From: an uncultured archaeon
GTDB taxonomy: Archaea > Asgardarchaeota > Lokiarchaeia > Sigyniarchaeales > Promethearchaeaceae
NCBI GenBank assembly: GCA_964426185.1
Contig: CAYRPF010000096.1
Coordinates: forward strand, 1-9,622
Reading direction: 5' to 3'
DNA: 9,622 nt
Shown: one piece after another, positions 6,992-9,622 of the stretch
How positions within the stretch are numbered: the stretch's first letter is position 1
How the letters are laid out: the number at the start of each line of letters is the position of its first letter
Made by a program: the position numbers and the translations under genes
The notes under the pieces: model-generated
What the model was told of the DNA's origin: nothing
What the model saw: the letters and a program-made list of their open reading frames with translations, nothing else
The model's database searches: none

Positions 6992-8434
6992 TCAATTTTT
7001 TTCTGATTTCGTTTCCTTCGTTACAAAATAACACCGTTTAGTTCCCATTTTTTTGGAGATAACTATTTCAGCTTTAATCAATTTATCAAGATGGTATTTT
7101 ACTGTGCTACGTTTCAATTGACTCTTAATTATAATTTGATTTTGGTAAATTCCTGGATTTTCTTCTATTATTTGCATAATTTTTAAAGTGACTGTACTTT
7201 TCTTTATCAGAAAATCCACTTTTGTGATTGGATTTTTGTCATAGCAGGGAAAATAAACAATAAAATGTCCAATTCGCTCTGTTTTAATGATCTTGTATGA
7301 TTCTAAAATATTTAAATGCCAAACCAAGTTTCCTGAGCTGATTTTCGCTTGGCGTCGTAATTCGTTAAAATGAATTCCGGGATTATTTAAAATGATATCA
7401 ATGAGTTCATCACGTTTTTCATTCTCGAATACTTCTTCCAATGACAAATTATGACGATTCTTTGGAACTGGATGAATACGGTTCAAGATAAATTGCCGAT
7501 ATTCTTGTTTCGTCATCATTAAGCCAAATATAATGCCAATCACAATTACTCCGACTATAATATATGTAGTTATTGACTTGGGCAGTATAGGTGGAGAAGT
7601 TAGATCAATCCCAATTTTTGGATCTAAAATTACAGTATCTGAAAATTTTTGAAAGGCCAAGTATACAATTGGATCCCCGGCTTCCCTTCCCTCGCTAACT
7701 CCGATGTTAATATCTGTTTCATTAGATGAAGCAGTTTTCATACTGCTAAAATAACCTTGATTCCCAAAATTGACTCGTTTTTCATCGGATTGATCCTCAT
7801 TGTCTTGCTCGGTCGAAGAAACAGTATTTTCTACTTGCCCAGATGAAAGTAAATGGAATCCCAGAACCAGCATTGCATTTTCATCCAGACTGACAAAAGT
7901 ATAATTTTGTATCACAATATCAAATTTGAGGTAACTATTCTGGGAAAAATGATTCCGAAATTGAATTGTAAAAGGTCCTCCAACGCTTGTAATGTTGAAA
8001 TGTTTTGAATTTTCTGTAGTTTCTTGAATCTCACTAAAATCCCAGGAGAGTGAAGGTAGTGAAAATGATGATGCAGGTACTTGACGATCTATATCAGGTG
8101 TATAAATCCCATCTTTGTTTTGATCAATAATCTCAAAAAGTAAAAGGAATTTAACTTCATATCTGATCGTTTCTTGGGAAGTTAACCAAAATGAATACAT
8201 CGGAACATTAAACCCTGTTACCGAAAATGTAATGATCTCATTACTTACCTCAAGTTGATTTCTTAGTTGATCAATTTCATCATCATCTGTTGGAATGTCT
8301 ACAGGAGGTTGAGTAATCGGGGGATCTGTGGTAAGGGGGGTCATACTCTGGGATTGAGCTGAAATTAAGAGAGAGTTACTTGTAATGCAAAGGAGGATAA
8401 GAAAAATACCTTGGAAGTATGTGTGTGTTTTCAT
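6992..8434 (-). CDS. Single-pass membrane-anchored transcriptional regulator: signal peptide, ectodomain, TM helix, tandem winged-HTH (COG3398-like)
   Basis: Hydrophobic signal aa ~8-26 ending ISA-Q; Pro/Thr/Asp linker; beta-rich ectodomain aa ~62-276; TM aa ~288-307. Two wHTH repeats follow: ENEKRDELIDIILNNPGIHFNEL...LVWHLNIL...VYF and TLKIMQIIEENPGIYQNQI...TVKYHLDKL...CYF. Confidence 0.85.
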   Translation of the reverse strand: MKTHTYFQGIFLILLCITSNSLLISAQSQSMTPLTTDPPITQPPVDIPTDDDEIDQLRNQLEVSNEIITFSVTGFNVPMYSFWLTSQETIRYEVKFLLLFEIIDQNKDGIYTPDIDRQVPASSFSLPSLSWDFSEIQETTENSKHFNITSVGGPFTIQFRNHFSQNSYLKFDIVIQNYTFVSLDENAMLVLGFHLLSSGQVENTVSSTEQDNEDQSDEKRVNFGNQGYFSSMKTASSNETDINIGVSEGREAGDPIVYLAFQKFSDTVILDPKIGIDLTSPPILPKSITTYIIVGVIVIGIIFGLMMTKQEYRQFILNRIHPVPKNRHNLSLEEVFENEKRDELIDIILNNPGIHFNELRRQAKISSGNLVWHLNILESYKIIKTERIGHFIVYFPCYDKNPITKVDFLIKKSTVTLKIMQIIEENPGIYQNQIIIKSQLKRSTVKYHLDKLIKAEIVISKKMGTKRCYFVTKETKSEKN

Positions 8435-8490
8435 TCTATTCCCATTAGTATATTTATTAGTAGGGTATTAATGATCATTGAAAATAAAAA

Positions 8491-8511
8491 AATAGAATCA
8501 TAATAGAATCA
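8491..8511. repeat. 10-bp direct repeat x2 (AATAGAATCA) with an 11-bp period
   Basis: Copies at 8491-8500 and 8502-8511. A T7 tract (minus strand, 8486-8492) and the palindrome AATGATCATT (8470-8479) are adjacent. Confidence 0.6.
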
Positions 8512-8523
8512 AAATCGAGTGTA

Positions 8524-9438
8524 TTATGCTTTCTTTCTCTGATTTTTAGATTTGCGCAAGTAAATGATCCCTGATACTGCTATAGAAAGACCAATAAACC
8601 ATATTGAGGCGTATCCTGGTATTGAGAAAATTGAACTCTCTTCCGAATCAAGTCCGTTATCCGTACTGTCAACACTTTCTGAAAGTCCGATTATGGGATC
8701 CAGATATAGGGGTCCATCAAACCGTTCAAAAGCAATATAGGCAAGTGGATTTCCTTCTTCACTACCAACAGAAACACCTGCATTAATTTCTTTTCCCGAT
8801 GCATTTGCTTTGGTTTCACTTTCGAAGTAAGCTCCTCGACCAAAATTGATTTTCTTATTACTTCCCGTTTCATTACTGGTTTGTGTTACTTGTGGTGTTT
8901 CAGTTTCATCAAGTCCTTGTTCGACTGCTATTAAATGAAAACCAATCACCAACATGGCATTTTCATCAGCACTAACAAATTCATAACCTTCAATTTTCAC
9001 ATCAAATTTAAGACTGGCATCGGAACCTAAATGGTTAATTAATTGAATCGTGTAGGCTCCACCGACACTTGTTATGTTGAAATGGGTGATCCCATTGCCA
9101 TCTGTTTCGATTGCACTGAACTCCCAAGAAAGAGCAGGAAGCGCATTGACGGATGCAGGAACATTTGAATCATTTCCGGGAGTATAAACTCCATCTTGAT
9201 TTTCATCTATTACTTCGAAAAGTAAGATGAATTTCACTTCGTATTTTGTATCATTTTGTGAAGGATCCCAAAATGAATACATAGGCACATTTTGCCCACC
9301 GGTGATTTTAATCGCTATGTTATCATTTTCTACATAAATATTGTCTCCACCAATTAAATCAGAAGGTTGAGCAGAGACGATTGAAATAGAAACGATAAGG
9401 AATAGTGCAAAAATCCCTGTTGAAATTTTTTTTTTCAT
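8524..9438 (-). CDS. Exported cell-surface (glyco)protein with a C-terminal IPGY-TM-basic sorting signal (Loki-CTERM/PGF-CTERM-like); paralog of the neighbouring regulator's ectodomain
   Basis: The start at ATG 9438 gives a canonical signal peptide MKKKISTGIFALFLIVSISIVSA-Q (304 aa); the ORF-track start at 9495 runs through the promoter. Sequons NDT, NDS, NIT, NET and NAS; a Ser/Asp/Glu linker; then SIPGYASIWFIGLSIAVSGIIYLRKSKNQRKKA. Confidence 0.8.
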   Translation of the reverse strand: MKKKISTGIFALFLIVSISIVSAQPSDLIGGDNIYVENDNIAIKITGGQNVPMYSFWDPSQNDTKYEVKFILLFEVIDENQDGVYTPGNDSNVPASVNALPALSWEFSAIETDGNGITHFNITSVGGAYTIQLINHLGSDASLKFDVKIEGYEFVSADENAMLVIGFHLIAVEQGLDETETPQVTQTSNETGSNKKINFGRGAYFESETKANASGKEINAGVSVGSEEGNPLAYIAFERFDGPLYLDPIIGLSESVDSTDNGLDSEESSIFSIPGYASIWFIGLSIAVSGIIYLRKSKNQRKKA

Positions 9439-9461
9439 GTTTTTCAACTCTATAATAATGA

Positions 9462-9535
9462 AGCAAATTTTCACTATATAAGTGATGAGGAGCAAATTTC
9501 AACATAAGAAAGATCAACATAAGAATTTAAATTCT
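9462..9535 (-). promoter_or_regulatory. Promoter of the surface-protein gene: TATA box inside an inverted repeat, plus direct repeats and a palindrome
   Basis: TCACT-ATATA-AGTGA (9471-9485; the minus strand contains TTATATAG); AGCAAATTT x2 (9462-9470, 9491-9499); TCAACATAAGAA x2 (9499-9510, 9514-9525); perfect palindrome AGAATTTAAATTCT (9522-9535). Confidence 0.55.
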
Positions 9536-9622
9536 AATTTATCTTATTTCCAAACCAATTTCGAAAACTATCTTCCTATTCATTGAAAATTTTCCGAAAT
9601 CTATCAAATGTGGATTTAATTA

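Noticed and set aside
8604-8873. Two 60-aa ORFs within the surface-protein gene
   Set aside because: Shadow ORFs with no motifs.
9439-9495. Upstream TTG start giving a 323-aa product
   Set aside because: It overlaps the TATA/repeat region, whereas ATG 9438 gives a canonical signal peptide.
9462-9622. CRISPR array or IS end
   Set aside because: The repeats are 9-12 bp with two copies each and no spacer-sized intervals; there is no cas or transposase gene in the window.

Overview
AT-rich archaeal window, most likely from an Asgard archaeon (Lokiarchaeia-like). This assignment is inferred from the archaeal-type Nep1, Rpp21 and YhbY genes, TATA-type promoters and an IPGY-type C-terminal sorting signal. 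From left to right it holds: a probable decayed fragment of a ClpB/ClpC C-terminal domain; a minus-strand RNA-processing cluster (yhbY with a long acidic/basic tail, rnp4, nep1); a divergent arsR/acr3 arsenite-resistance pair; a solitary bioY with two extra TM helices; and a DUF1624/HGSNAT-like polytopic membrane protein. The most striking element is a tandem minus-strand gene pair at the right end. An exported surface protein with an IPGY-TM-basic sorting tail (8524-9438) and a single-pass, membrane-tethered tandem winged-helix regulator (6992-8434) share the same ectodomain, with 74/120 identical residues in an ungapped hand alignment and a Dx[DN]xDG Ca2+-type loop in both. A repeat-rich promoter lies upstream. 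This suggests a candidate homotypic surface-sensing one-component system. All family assignments come from motif recognition by eye; no database search was run.
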